Part shown: positions 34,581 to 48,300 of the stretch, in pieces
Layout of the letters: the number at the start of each line of letters is the position of its first letter
Position numbering within the stretch: the stretch's first letter is position 1
Source of the DNA: Macrostomum lignano
Taxonomy: Eukaryota
DNA length: 64,000 nucleotides
Assembly: GCA_002269645.1 (NCBI GenBank)
Contig: NIVC01003649.1
Coordinates: forward strand, 1-64,000
Reading direction: 5' to 3'
Made by a program: the position numbers and the translations under genes
Notes under the pieces: generated by a model
The model's database searches: none
Told to the model about the DNA's origin: nothing
What the model saw: the letters and a program-made list of their open reading frames with translations, nothing else

Positions 34581-37500
34581 ACAGCAGACAGCAGTACGCA
34601 AACCTTGGATACTGTCATACGCGGTGCCGTCTAGCCGCAGACTCGTAATTGTCAAACCTGATCGTTCAAAATTCTTTGCAACAACCAGCCAATTCAACGA
34701 TTTACATTGTGTCCCCTGCAGCAGCAACTGCAAGGCTGTGACAAATGACCACTGACTGTCGTTGCCAGCGTCTGCGCCAAGGCGGCAGTTGAAAGCTCAG
34801 AAGAATTTCAATGGCCTCCGGAAGAGAGACACACCGACAAAAAAAGAAATTGTTTCGCCACTTTGTTTCGGACGCTCTCATTCAAATTTCTGTCAGCGAA
34901 AGCAGCAGCTGCTGCTGGCACTGGACCAGAGTCGAGGCGGGTCTGGTTGCTAAGGTGTTCCATTCCTTCTGTCTTCCAGGCACTGACTGCGCTGCTGGGC
35001 ATGTAATTTACATGATATTCACCCCTCCCAACACACGGAGGCTTGCCAGGCCATTCGTTTCATTTCGAATTTCGAAGTCTTCCCCCGAACCCCTCCCACC
35101 CCATTCCTCCGTCTGTCTGCGAAGATTTAGCGGAGACGGTACTGCTTCACTTTCATTTATAAAAAAACTGATTTCTAACTTTTCACTTTAATACAAAGTG
35201 CTCGGCGGCTGGCGAAGTGCGGGAGTGGTTAACAAAAAACTGCCTGCGTGTCCCCCCACCGCCTGGAATGCGACAGAGTCCGGCAGCTGCGCTAAGTCGG
35301 TCTTAAATCCCCGCATATGCAATCTATGCATATCGTACTACACACTTTTCAAATCCCATGTTTGGCAGGCATGGGGGTTAGTTGAAGGGAAATTCTCCCA
35401 CTGGGTAAATGACCAAACGGCTGCCATTTTAGAAAATAGGTAAGAGAGAGAGAGAGAGCTCAGAGTTAAAATTGATTGCTAACAGGTTATGCCAGCCTGT
35501 TTGTCCCAGTGGCTTTTTGGAATGATATAGCTAGCATGATAGAAAAGCCAACGTGCGGAATTGGGGAGTTTTTAGCGGACGCATAACTTTTGCGGCTATA
35601 GGGAGGGTCTGACAGATCGCAGTACCCCGAATCTCCCCTACCCTCCGTCTGCCTGTCTCTCCGGGTAGTGACAGCTTAACAAGTTGGCCACCGATTCAAG
35701 GCATTCATACGTACGATAGTAACGGTAATAACCGCAGCCAATGCAGTGTAATTCTTAGGGCGGGGTTTCAGCCAGAGACATTGGAGGCGGAGTTGGCGCA
35801 AGAATTGTCCGCCTTCCTGTCTCTCTCTCTATCTGACTCCGCCTCCCCGCCAGTGGCAGTAATTACTAGCGATGACAAATTGCAACGGCTGCCACCAAGT
35901 GATACTCTATAATACGAGCTGCATAAAGCTCTTCTGACTTGATCTGGCATAACCGCGGCCTGCCTGACTGCAGTTACTGCCAAGATTGGGAGACAGCTGA
36001 AATAGGGGAGCCATATATGCGCATGATGTAGATTATCCCATCGGGTTGGGCTGGAACTATGGAATTCTGTTGTCTCTGCGACCGGCGGGATCCGCCCAGA
36101 GAAAAGCATTCCTTAAGTGTCCATGTATACAGTATACCCAAGAGAGGTATACTGTAGAGAGGTATTTTGCGCGAGCTGGCGCGCAAAACTTCGTGACTGC
36201 AGATTCAGCGACTACTTATCGGCACCTATTTGATTTGGACTTGGCTACATTGGTCATCCCTGTTGCATACCGAAAAACTATGCACGGTCATAAAACCTTC
36301 GCCACTTTACCAATTGTCTCCATCTGCGCAACTAATAGATGTACATGTTTGACTACTGCAAAAACCAATTCAAGTTCATTTCCACGCGATCTCTTTGTAT
36401 ACGGGGTATTCAGTTCCATAATTATTTCTACTTCGAAATTGTAGAATTTCAATGCGGGTAAGCACTGATCTTTAAAGGCATAAACCACCCAAGCCCCCGT
36501 TTTCGGTGGCAAAACTACGCTCGTATAAGCTTCGAAGTTTTTTTCCAAAGATTTTGATTACAAGCGTATAGTACTTATTATCATATTGCAATAGTATGTT
36601 ATGACTTACGAGCACAACTTACTCCACCTTTTAACAAGTAAAAAAAGAAGTAACAACCGTCTTGTGCCTTTTGAAAATAAAAAATAGGTACTTGTAGTTA
36701 ACAACTTCCCGGGTTTAAAAACTTTTATCTACTCGAAAAAACAAAATTAAATTAAAGCTGCCTAGTTTGCAAAAACAACAAAAGTTTTTTGATGCACAGA
36801 GGTTTTTTTTCGTTTTTGGTATTTATTTTCATGTATATCTTTTAATAACTGTTTGCCAACTCTATTTTATCTAACAACTAAAAAGTTTAATTGTTGTGTT
36901 AAGTCAAATTTTAGTCAAATTTTCCGCAGTATATGCAGCTACAAAGATTGTTTTGGCGATCAGCTTTTTTCTGTTTATAAGTCAGTTACTCGTTCAAAAA
37001 TATACAAAAATCTGTAGCAATTGTTTTACACAAACTTTTATTGAAATCATACAGTAACTTGTGATCTTTTATTATAGGTATTTTAAAAAACGAAGTGTAT
37101 CTTAGCTAGTTCTCAACTTGTCTTACAGTTTAACCAGGTCCAGACTGCGCAAAGTATTTTTGAGAATAAAGTAAAACATTTTTTGTTTTACAAAAATTTA
37201 TTCAGTATACTGGTTCGCAGCGAAAATCACAGCTAACAGATAATTCCTAATTGAAGCGCTTAAGGTTTGAGGAAAACTTATTCGAACTTCCTCAGCTTTA
37301 TATTAATTGGTAATATACTTAAACTAATCCACTAATTTATATTTTTCTGTTAAAACTATTAAAATTACTGATCGAATGCCAACAAGATAGGCAAAAATAT
37401 TTTGTTTTCTATCGGCTTATACAAGTATAAAATAGGAAAATATACTAGGCCTAAATACACTATTCTCAATAATGTCATTGCAGTAACCATAATTTACAGT

Positions 37501-37679
37501 TTATTTTAGGTCTATAGTGGAAATTATATGATGTTATTGATGTACAGCTTGTGTCCATTTGAATTAAATACATATATTTAACTAAATGTAGCTGAGAGAA
37601 ATAACTCAAGTTTTAAATTTAAATGACTTTATTTTAAGTTTTTAACTTTAATCATTTATCTATTTTCAGAAAAATTAGC

Positions 37680-38807
37680 ATGGCAGAGAAAAAAGAAGGC
37701 AAAGAGCCGAAAAACGCGGTTCACCAGAATGCCATCATGGTGGAGACAATCAAGAAGGAGAATTTTCATCAGAAGCTTTACACCAACTACGGCGTTAATC
37801 CTTTTCGCAGACGTGCGTCGGTTCATACGAATTTCATTGACAGTATCTTCGTAAATTTGTATTTAAAATTTTGAATTCATTGACTGCTTGTTAAAATTTT
37901 CAGTCCACACTTTGGCGCCAAAGCCCAACGCACCACCGGAGGATCTTTCTGGCATCACGGAGGAAGACAGTGAGTTTTACTAGCTTAGTATTGTTAAGTT
38001 AGCAATTGAGACAATTGTTTTTGTATATTTAAAAAAACCAATATCAAAACTTTTACAAAGGCCACTTTGTGGGCGTCATCGAGCGGGCCCACCTGGAGCC
38101 AACCAAGAAGTACACGGTGCCCCAGACAGAGTCCCAGGAAATTGGCTGGATTACTAAGCCTTTGGTGAGTGCAACGCCTGCGGAAATAGTGCGGCGCCTG
38201 AGTTGATAGTGTGGCGGCTGAGTTGATAGTGAGGCGCCTGAGTTGATAGTGAGGCGCCTGAGTTGACAGTGCGACGCCTGAGTTGATAGTGAGGCGCCTG
38301 AGTTGACAGTGCGACGCCTGAGTTGATAGTGAGGCGCCTGAGTTGATAGTGAGGTGCCTGAGAGCTGATAGTGTGGCGGCTGAGTTGATAGTGCGGCGCC
38401 TGAGTTGATAGTGAGGTGCCTGAGAGCTGATAGTGTGGCGGCTGAGTTGATAGTGCGGCGCCTGATTTCACAGTGCGGCGCCTGAGTTAATAGTGAGGCA
38501 CCTGAGCTCATAGTAATACGCTCGTAGTACTAATATTCTTACTAAAAAGTCTAGTAGTACTAATGTACTATTAATAGTAGCAATGGAAGATATCAAGTAG
38601 TGATTCAACCGCTTTACTGGTCAAAAGCTTAACTAACTCTCGATGCAACATTATGTAGAATCTTCCATAAATGTAATTGCAGCTGGAGACCAACAAGGCG
38701 ACAGCCGGCTGTATTTTCCAAAGAACAGCTGCGAGATTACTAAATACATGGACGCCTATTGGCGTTTCAAGGGCACCGACGGAAAACCGGAAGCGAAGAA
38801 AGCATGA
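37680..38807 (+). CDS. CFAP144: FAM183/CFAP144 cilia-associated protein, join(37680..37812,37904..37969,38061..38164,38683..38807). Last exon needs a 1-nt correction or an alternative donor.
   Basis: VHQNAIMVETIKKE...KLYTNYGVNPFRR|LHTLAPKP...|PTKKYTVPQTESQEIGW...|DSRLYFPKNSCEITKYM resembles FAM183A (HQNQI..E, PEAQTENQEIGW). GT-AG phases are consistent for introns 1 and 2. Confidence 0.85.
38185..38510. repeat. 21-bp minisatellite GCCTGAGTTGATAGTGAGGC-like (FAM183 intron 3)
   Basis: Tandem periodicity. Confidence 0.9.
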
Positions 38808-41800
38808 TGGATAAATGAACTTGGTCTGACTGCATGACGTCATTAATGAAATGTGAAAAATATGAGATTACTGATTCAAAAATCATGCATGTGATCCTGT
38901 TTCTCTTGCATGTACTAATTATTTTCACAAGCTTTCCTTCTCTGACTCTTCTGAATGTATACCACTGGTAATATCTCTGTAATAATTTTGAATTTCGAAA
39001 AAATCCGAGAACTTTTGCAGATGTGTTGTTTCCATTTCTTTTTTGTTTGCAAGAATTCAAACATTTTGCAGCACTTAAATTTGATTTAGTTGCTGCATGC
39101 TATAAAATATATTGAGATCAATAAAAAACTTTGATAATTATAATGTCGCTAGAACAGGCTGTAACATTGCCTGCAACAGGCAGTCTTACGAATTTAACGC
39201 CTTCGTGTAATTTACACTGTAGATTATTTATATTACGTTTGGAATTTTATATCATCGATCCTTTGTATAAATTTCACCTCAACTTTTACCACGTGATCAT
39301 ACAGTCACTGTCCACACATTTGAACAAAAATTGATGAAAAATATCCAATTTGGGCACATCTTTAAGCGATAATTTAGTAACAAAAAACGCTAGCAGCATA
39401 ACTGACATCGATTTCTCTAAAATTGTAAATTCTTAATGCACGATTCTAATGGATGTTCTACTGTACTACTGTAGTAATCGGGCATACAACTGCCAGCAAA
39501 ACATCAATTACTTTTTTAATATCTCCACAATCCTTTTTTGTTTATTTGTAGTGAGATCAGCACAAATCATCAAAACCAGGGACAGGGGCTAATTTGTTGC
39601 AGCTTAATATTTCCGTAGAATGCGAAAACACTACTTCGATTAGTTTTTGGAAAAGTTCAAGGCTCGAAACTTCTATTGTCAGAGAAAGTCTTGCTATCAC
39701 TTCCAATAGCTCACAACATAAAACGAAATCAATGATGTGAGGTATCGCTCTTACTGTATTAAGTAGCGAGCAGAACCCTGTAAGTTATGTGATTGCAATA
39801 AAGAGCTGTGAAAGGGTTAGGGTTAGGATTTTTGATGGGTATTAATTTCGAGCTTGTGAAATTTCGATGCTTGCGAATGACTTAATTTTTTTCCCAGTCA
39901 CTTGTGTAGTTTCGATATTGGTACCCGATATGGTAAAGTTTCGAGCTAATAAATTACAAGCTTTTGAAATATCCAGCTAATAAAGTTGCAATTAGTCAAT
40001 TGACTGTTCTTAAGAATTTCATTTTCAGAGCCTGTGAAACTAACCCACACAAATTTGAACTTAAATTAGTTATACGCACAGTGCTTTATTTCGTAGAATT
40101 ATCAGAAAATTTCAAATGATAAGCTTCCTAGAAAAACAGCACGGGTCAAAAAATGACCAGTGAGTCAATTAGTGTCAATAGTGAGCATTAATTATTTATT
40201 AAAAAGCCCAGATAAACCCTGCGTTGGTTTTTATACGCATATGTAGTGGCATTCGTAGGTATATATACCGATGTATTCAAGATAAAGTAAAAAACTTTCA
40301 TTGATGTATTTCTACTTCTAGTCAAATTGAAATCAATTTTTGCTGAGATTTATGGACTATGAGAGAAATATTATAATCAATATTTAAATTAAAGGCGCAT
40401 AGAGAAGTTAAATAGGTTTAATTATTGCGATTTCTGAGCTTGGGGTTCTAATTTGTCAGGAATTGTTATCAGGAAAATATCCTAGCCTAGGCCTATTACA
40501 GGCCTACCCCTATCTCTTCTAGCTAGACTAAAAACTTTTGTCAATTAGGCCCTATAGGCCTAGTTTCTTAATATTCTTAATTAGAAGTAGTACTAGTAGC
40601 TAAAGTAATTTCAAACTGGGCATTTTTGGGAAAATTTTGATGTTCATTATATTTTGGAGGCATATAATAGGTTTTAAAGTTGTACTTATATTATTAGAAA
40701 GTAAATAAAATACTAGACCCCTTAACCTTGGTATTGTCCTAATCCATACATTGTTGACAGGTTACACCAAATTCATTGATATCTAATTTGTCAATAGACC
40801 TAAAATTTAAGAAATTAAAGGAAAGCAAATTTGTCAATAGTGATAACAAGCTAAGCAAATTAGTCAATAATAGAGCCTAAGACAAACAAACTTATTTGGC
40901 TAAAGTTATTCCTTAAGCAATTTAAGGCAATAATATAAATTTCTTTAATTTAATGAGCAAAAAATTGCCAAAGACTTTAATATAGACCTAACTTCATGAC
41001 TGCATATTTTAAATGCTATTGTACTCCAAATCTAACAAATTGAACAATCTTGTATGCTATGCATAAAATACCATATTGAATATAGGCCTATTGACTATTC
41101 TAGTTGAGTATTTAGATATATATATATCAAGAGTCTATTGGCCATAGTCTAGAAGGTGGCCTTTATACAAAAAAATCAGTTTCTACAAAAATAGCTATTT
41201 TAAAGTTTAGTAAAAGTTTTAAATTCCTAAAAATATATAGGGCTATTTGTTAAAAAATGGCATATAAACAACTTTAGTCTTGGCATAAAATTTTTTTAAT
41301 TTTTTTGTCTGTATAAAATAGAAAAAAAACATGAATGTTCATTTTGGCATATACCCCTCCTATGATCCAGACTATGGTCTATTGGGGCATAGCAGTTTGT
41401 ATACTGCATTAGGTCTATATCTTTTATACTTTATTACATCTTTTGAGTGAAGCAAGTAACTTTAATTTAAGTTTAATCCAAGTCTTGTTTATCTTTTCAA
41501 TTAGGCCTATTTATTAACAAGGTTTTGTTTGAGTATGACTTTAGATTTCAAAAGCATACAAAAAAGTTCTAAAGTATATTGGAATTCAGCAGGTTTAAAA
41601 TCTGTGGGTTTTTATAGTTTGTAAAATGTTAATATCAAACAAAAAAAAATTGCTTTCATTATAATACATGTGTCTTCTTAATCTTAATAGGCTTTATCTT
41701 ATAATTTTTAGTATATAATAAAATAAATATGGCAAAATCAATTATTGGGGCAAGTTTTTTGAAAGTTTATTTTTTCAATAGCAATAAATCTATAAGATAA

Positions 41801-42154
41801 ATTATTTTAAGTTTAAAAAGTTAGAAACATCTATTAAAGTACAAATTATTTACATATAGCCTTATCTTTGATAAAATGATTTGTTAAAATGGTAAATTTA
41901 ATTACAACTAAAATGACTATTAAAAATGATAGAAAAACTCTGATTATGTATTTATTAACCTTAAGTATCTTATATCAATAAATTATATTATGCAATAATA
42001 TATTTAATATTCTTTTTAGGGGTTTATTTTTCTTTATTTTTCTTTATCTTTTTTGTTACTATTGACAATGTGTATTTTGTAGAGTTTGTCTGCAATAAAT
42101 ACTGTATTTAATATAAGTTTATTATTAATCATACAAATTCCCACAAGAATAAAA

Positions 42155-43010
42155 AAATTGCATTTTACTCAGCTTCTAATGAAACAATTTGGAAATTCTT
42201 GTATACATGCCACAACGATATATATTTAAGTGTGATTTCATTGTTTGTTGCTAATAAGCCTATAGGAAGCATCTGATTTAGAAGCTGGATAACATAGAAA
42301 TTCCTATAAAGATTGGAAAATTGCATTTTACTAAGCTTCTACTAAAGCAATTTGGAAAAACTTTTCCTGCATATATGCCACAATAATACATATTTAAGTA
42401 TGATTTTATTGTTCTTTGTTGCTTAATAAGCCTATAGGAAGCATCTGATTTGAAAGCCAGGTAACAGAAATTCCCATAAGGATCAGAAAATTGCATTTTA
42501 CTCAGGTATTATTAAAGCAACATATATGCTCAATATACCCATCTAAACCAGATGGGTGAAATGGCTGCCAGCCAAGGTAAGTCACAAAATTGAAAACACA
42601 AAAAATGAAAAATTGGGAGAAGAAAGAAAGGAGAGGAAGAGAAAAGGAAAAGAAAGGAGAGAGAAGAGAAAAGAAAGAGAAGAGAGAAAAAGAAAAAGAA
42701 GAAAAAAGAAAAAGGCAAGAAAAGTCATATACAAAGTGAAAATTAAGTTGCAATTAGGAAATTTGCAATTGAGAAGAACTAAGTCCCAATTGGGAGGAAC
42801 TAAGTTGCAATTGGGAGGAACTAAGTTGCAAATCTGGACAAAACTAAGTCGCACTAGATGGGTAAAATTTTGAGGTTGGGAATGTATGTGAACAATTTGG
42901 AAAATTCTTTTTTTCTTATATACATGTTGCAATAATACATATTTAAGTGTAATTTCTATGTTCTTTGTTACTGAATAAGCCTACAATAAGCATTTGATTT
43001 AGATGCTAGA
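42155..43010. repeat. Degenerate ~165-bp repeat: ~2.3 tandem copies (42155-42520) plus a partial copy near 42893-43010
   Basis: AAAATTGCATTTTACT recurs near 42155, 42317 and 42487; AATAAGCCTA...AGCAT recurs three times. Confidence 0.8.
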
Positions 43011-45376
43011 TTCATACTTTGGTATACCATTTTTTACTCAAATTTTTTAAAGTCTAAATATGGGCCTATTACATGCACTAATACTATACAAGTTGATATT
43101 TAAATAAAAGAAAACAACTTAAAGATTATTTTGCAACAAGGAATGAGTGGTATATTTACTTTTAGAGAGAAATTTTGCTGGCAAACTTTGCACTTTGAAA
43201 TTTGTATGCATTTTTGAGAGTTTGTGGTTTTAGAAAACTATAGAAATCTTTAGAAGTCCTTTATCCTTTTGAATAAAATAAAAATTAAAACACAGAATAT
43301 TTTCTGTTTTGTAAGTAATAAAAAATTTGCCTTCTTTGAGGTGTACAAGTCTTAAAATTAGCTGTTTAGTAATGAAAAAAGTGAAGCAAAAATTTGTGAA
43401 GCAGTCAACTCAGACTTTTAAAATGCTATTTTGTGTTTTTTTACTCATTAATTCAACAATGTGAAGTATGAAAACAATAGTTTTTATCCAGAACTGTTTT
43501 TTTAAAGACCTATCTGTCTTTCAAAAAGCTTTTTAGATAGAAAATAGAAATTTTAGAAAATTTAAGTTTTTGACAATTGAAATCCTATGCACTTTATAGG
43601 AATAATTAAGAAATTTACAAAAACTTATATGCATAGCAACCTTGAAAAACCTATCATATTGACATTAAAAAATATATTTTCTTTCTTTAGGTTATTTTTC
43701 TCCCTCTTCATTGCAATCAAATGTAAATGTACAAAAAAATAATATAATTATTTAGACTTATTAATAATTATAAATTATTCTTTTATAAAAAAGTATCAGA
43801 CTATGTATCAAAATATTGGAATTGAAAAAAGTATTGTGCAATAGGCAATAGATAAACAGTTTTATTATATTAACAAATGTGTTGCAGAGCATTTATTATA
43901 TTGTTATTAGATAACTTTTTAGGTATTATAAACTATGATACTGAAAAGCAAACTAGGGTATGAAAATGCTAAGTGCTAAAAAGCATAAAAACTACTCTAG
44001 GTAGGGCAGGGGTAGGTTGAGGCAAGGCATATAGTATAAACACTAGACAGAGCAAGAATGTTAGATTAAATTTCAAATTTGTAAAACTTGTCAAATTTGT
44101 TTTTGAGAATCAAGGCATTAAGGCAAAACATTTAGTGTCATAAATGTATTAAACCTATATTTATAAAATGTACAAAGAATTGGTTTCTAGATTGAAAAAA
44201 ACCACATTAGTAATAGATGACAGTATTCTTTAAGATATTTTTATAGTATATTTAATAATTATCAACAATGTTTTTGGAATAAATTTAAAATAGAAGTTTA
44301 AAGCTTAGAAATATTATTTGTATATTGCATAATATTTAATAACATAGTTATAAGATTTGTGTATCAATTATCATCAAAAAATTTTATATTGTCATTTAAT
44401 ATTAATATTTTGGTTATTCCAATTTTGATTTGAAATCTTATAGCAGTAATTATAATAATTGTTGTACTTCTACCTTTGTTGCTTTTCCCTTTCAACCATA
44501 GATAATATTATATACTATGTAAAAAGCCCAGAGTATAAGACAAGAACTATGTCCCAGAGTGCTATAACAAAAAGCTCTTAATTGGTAACAACAAGGTATA
44601 GCCAATTTTGGAATATAAAAAAATTAATTTTCAAGATCAAACAGACATAAAGTAACCTAATTTTCATAGATCATCATAGATATTTAAAAAATTATAAACA
44701 TATGCTAAAACAATTGAATTGCTATATTATTATAGCTAAAATTCATTTAAATATAACTAGATAAAGAGCATAAATCATGATTAGACAAATAACATACAGT
44801 TTTTTTAACTTATTACAAATTTTTGATATAAAGCTATCTTCATTTGATCTGAATCTAATAAAAATCTGAATCTAATTTGATCTAATAAAAAATACAATAG
44901 TCACTGGCTAACAGCAAGGGTATACATTGATTTTGTCAGCTGCCTTTTTATTTGCTGGTAGATAAAACAACTGTTTCTAGTAGATAAATAAATATAATGT
45001 AGGTCCCAGTTCTGCAGTCTGGCTAACTAAGTAAATATATATATATATAATTAATATACTGAAATAATATTTATACAAATTGCATGCTATACCTTTGCAA
45101 AACTTTTATATTTTATAATCCTTTTATATACACAACAAAATAAATAATGCATTAGTGTCCAATGCAAAACATAGCACTTCTTACACTTCTTAATAATCTG
45201 CTAAATTATGTATGGTCATACATGTATATGTACATTTATATGTACATGTACTTTATTGTATACATTTTACTGTGGAACATTTGAGGATAAGTAAAAACTA
45301 ATTGGGAAAAATCTCATTGAGAAACTTTCAAAAAATTTCTATCCAGAGTTTTATTAGCAATCAAATTGCATTCGAA

Positions 45377-48300
45377 ATGGAGGACGCCCTGCAATCAATG
45401 GAGGCCACTACAGAGATGGAGTCTTTGTTTAACTTGTATGGCTTCGAGGCTGCAGATTGCACAAATCTATTAGACGACAAAGACCTGCTTGACTACACTG
45501 CTACAGTGGCTGACACTTCAGCTAATGCCAAGCCACTTGCTGAAATTGAAGCTGCCGCTGATGCCTCTGGGTCCACCAGAAGCAAGTCGGGCTCGGCTTC
45601 TGCCGCGGCCACTGGACCGTCTGGCGGCCCGCTGGTGCGGCTGAGCGGCGGCACCGCAGCTGGCGTCGATGAGAACGCGGCAGCTGACTGGCGCCGCTGC
45701 ACCGATCGGGTCACCGGGTGAGCGGCGCTGACAGTTGATGGGGAAGATTAATGGTAGATTGGGAAGATTGATGGTAGATTGGGAAGATTGGTGGTAGATT
45801 GGGAAGATTGGTGGTAGATTGGGAAGATTGGTGATAGATTGGGAAGATTGGTGATAGATTGGGAAGATTGATGGTAGATTGGGAAGATTGGTGGTAGATT
45901 GGGAAGATTGGTGATAGATTGGGAAGATTGATGGTAGATTAGAAAGATTGATGGTAGATTGGGAAGATTGGTGGTAGATTGGGAAGATTGGTGGTAGATT
46001 GGGAAGATTGATGGTAGATTGGGAAGATTGAGAGTAGATTGGGAAGATTGATGGTAGATTGGGAAGATTGGTGGTAGATTGGGAAGATTGGTGATAGATT
46101 GGGAAGATTGATGGTAGATTAGAAAGATTGATGGTAGATTGGGAAGACTGAGAGTAGATTGGGAAGATTGAGAGTAAATTGGGAAGATTGGTGGTAGATT
46201 GGGAAGATTGATGGTAGATTGGGAAGATTGAGAGTAGATTCGAAAAAATGATAGTAGATTGGGACGGTTGATAGTAAATGGAAGTGGCAGATTGGGAGTT
46301 GGGAAGTGGCAGATTGGGAGTTGGGAAGTGGCAGATTGGGAGTTGGGAAGTGGCAGATTGGGAGTTTGGAAGTGGCAGATTGGGAGTTGGAGAGTGGCAG
46401 ATTGGGAGTTGGGGAAGTGGCAGATTGGGAGTTGGGGAAGTGACAGATTTGGAGTTAGAGGAGTGGTAAACTTAGGCACATTGCAACGAAGTGTACATTC
46501 TGGATGCACATCGAACCGTGGCCGACTGTCCGCAGTTCTGACTCGTCTGCCGAAGTGGAAGTGTCGCTCAGGCCGGTGCACCGCCTGCCGCCAGACAGCC
46601 GTTACATGTTCCAGCGTTACGGCGACTGCCTGGCCGCTGTCGACGCCCAATTCGACATTCTTCGCCGACGGCTTCTAGCGCAGCTGTCGGCCCCAGCGGA
46701 CGGCGGCGCCAGCCTACCAGTAACTGCGCCGGACGAAGTGTCGCACGAGCCCTGCGTACTGATTGGCCGGGTGGCGCCACCGCCTGGCGCTGCCGCCGCC
46801 GCCGCCGCCGCCACCAGCACCTCGGGCACATCGGCGACAGTGACGGCGACAGCTGGTCCGTCCGAGGTCGACGGCCGCCTGGCACCGCCGGCCCTGCTGC
46901 TGGAGTGTCCGGCCGCCTCCTCCGGCTCCTCCATTGTCAACGTCGACCTGTCCGGATGCGAGCAGAGCCGCTATTCGCTGTTCCCCGGACAGGTAGTTGC
47001 GGTCCGTGGTTCGAATCCCACCGGCCGTCTGTTCCTGGCCGAGGCCGTCCTGACGCCGACAGCGCCGCCACCTCGGCAGTTGTCGCCGCCGGGGCCGCCG
47101 TGTCTCGACCTCGCCGTGGCCAGCGGCCCGTTCGACGCAGCGTCGCTTTCGGCGCTGCTTCGCGTCTGCGCCGGCGGTCGGGAGCGACCGCACGCTCTGC
47201 TACTGTCCGGGACGGGCTGGCGCCGGGCGCCGTTGTTTGGGCGCGTCGATCCGGCGCTGGAATCGGCGGCCAAATTCTGCCAACAGCGGGGAGTGCAGCT
47301 TGTGGTTCAGGTTGGCTCTGCTTGTCCTGTTTGCAATGTTGCTTATTGTCATTGGCTATTGCCTATAACCCCGAGCTATTCACCTAATGCCCATTAGTAG
47401 CTAATTGCCTGGCTATTTAACTACCAGTAGCTAATTGCCTGGCTATTAAACTACCAGTAGCTAATTACCTGGCTAATACACTTCCAGTAGCTAATTACCT
47501 GGCTAATACACTTTCAGTAGCTAATTACCTGGCTAATACACTTCCAGTAGCTAATTACCTGGCTAATACACTTCCAGTAGCTAATTACCTGGCTAATACA
47601 CTTTCAGTAGCTAATTACCTGGCTAATACACTTCCAGTAGCTAATTACCTGGCTAATACACTTCCAGTAGCTAATTACCTGGCTAATACACTTTCAGTAG
47701 CTAATTACCTGGCTAATACACTTCCAGTAGCTAATTACCTGGCTAATACACTTTCAGTAGCTAATTACCTGGCTATTAAACTACCAGTTGCTAATTACCT
47801 GGCTATTAAACTACCAGTAGCTAATTACCTGGCTATTAAACTACCAGTAGCTAATTACCTGGCTAATACACTTCCAGTAGCTAATTACCTGGCTAATACA
47901 CTTTCAGTAGCTAATTACCTGGCTAATACACTTTCAGTAGCTAATTACCTGGCTATTAAACTACCAGTTGCTAATTACCTGGCTATTAAACTACCAGTAG
48001 CTAATTACCTGGCTAATACACTTCCAGTAGCTAATTACCTGGCTAATACACTTTCAGTAGCTAATTACCTGGCTAATACACTTCCAGTAGCTAATTACCT
48101 GGCTAATACACTTCCAGTAGCTAATTACCTGGCTAATACACTTCCAGTAGCTAATTACCTGGCTAATACACTTCCAGTAGCTAATTACCTGGCTAATACA
48201 CTTCCAGTAGCTAATTACCTGGCTAATACACTTTCAGTAGCTAATTACCTGGCTATTAAACTACCAGTTGCTAATTACCTGGCTATTAAACTACCGGTTG

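Noticed and set aside
39812-39828. GGGTTAGGGTTAGG telomere-like motif
   Set aside because: Only about two units; compatible with chance
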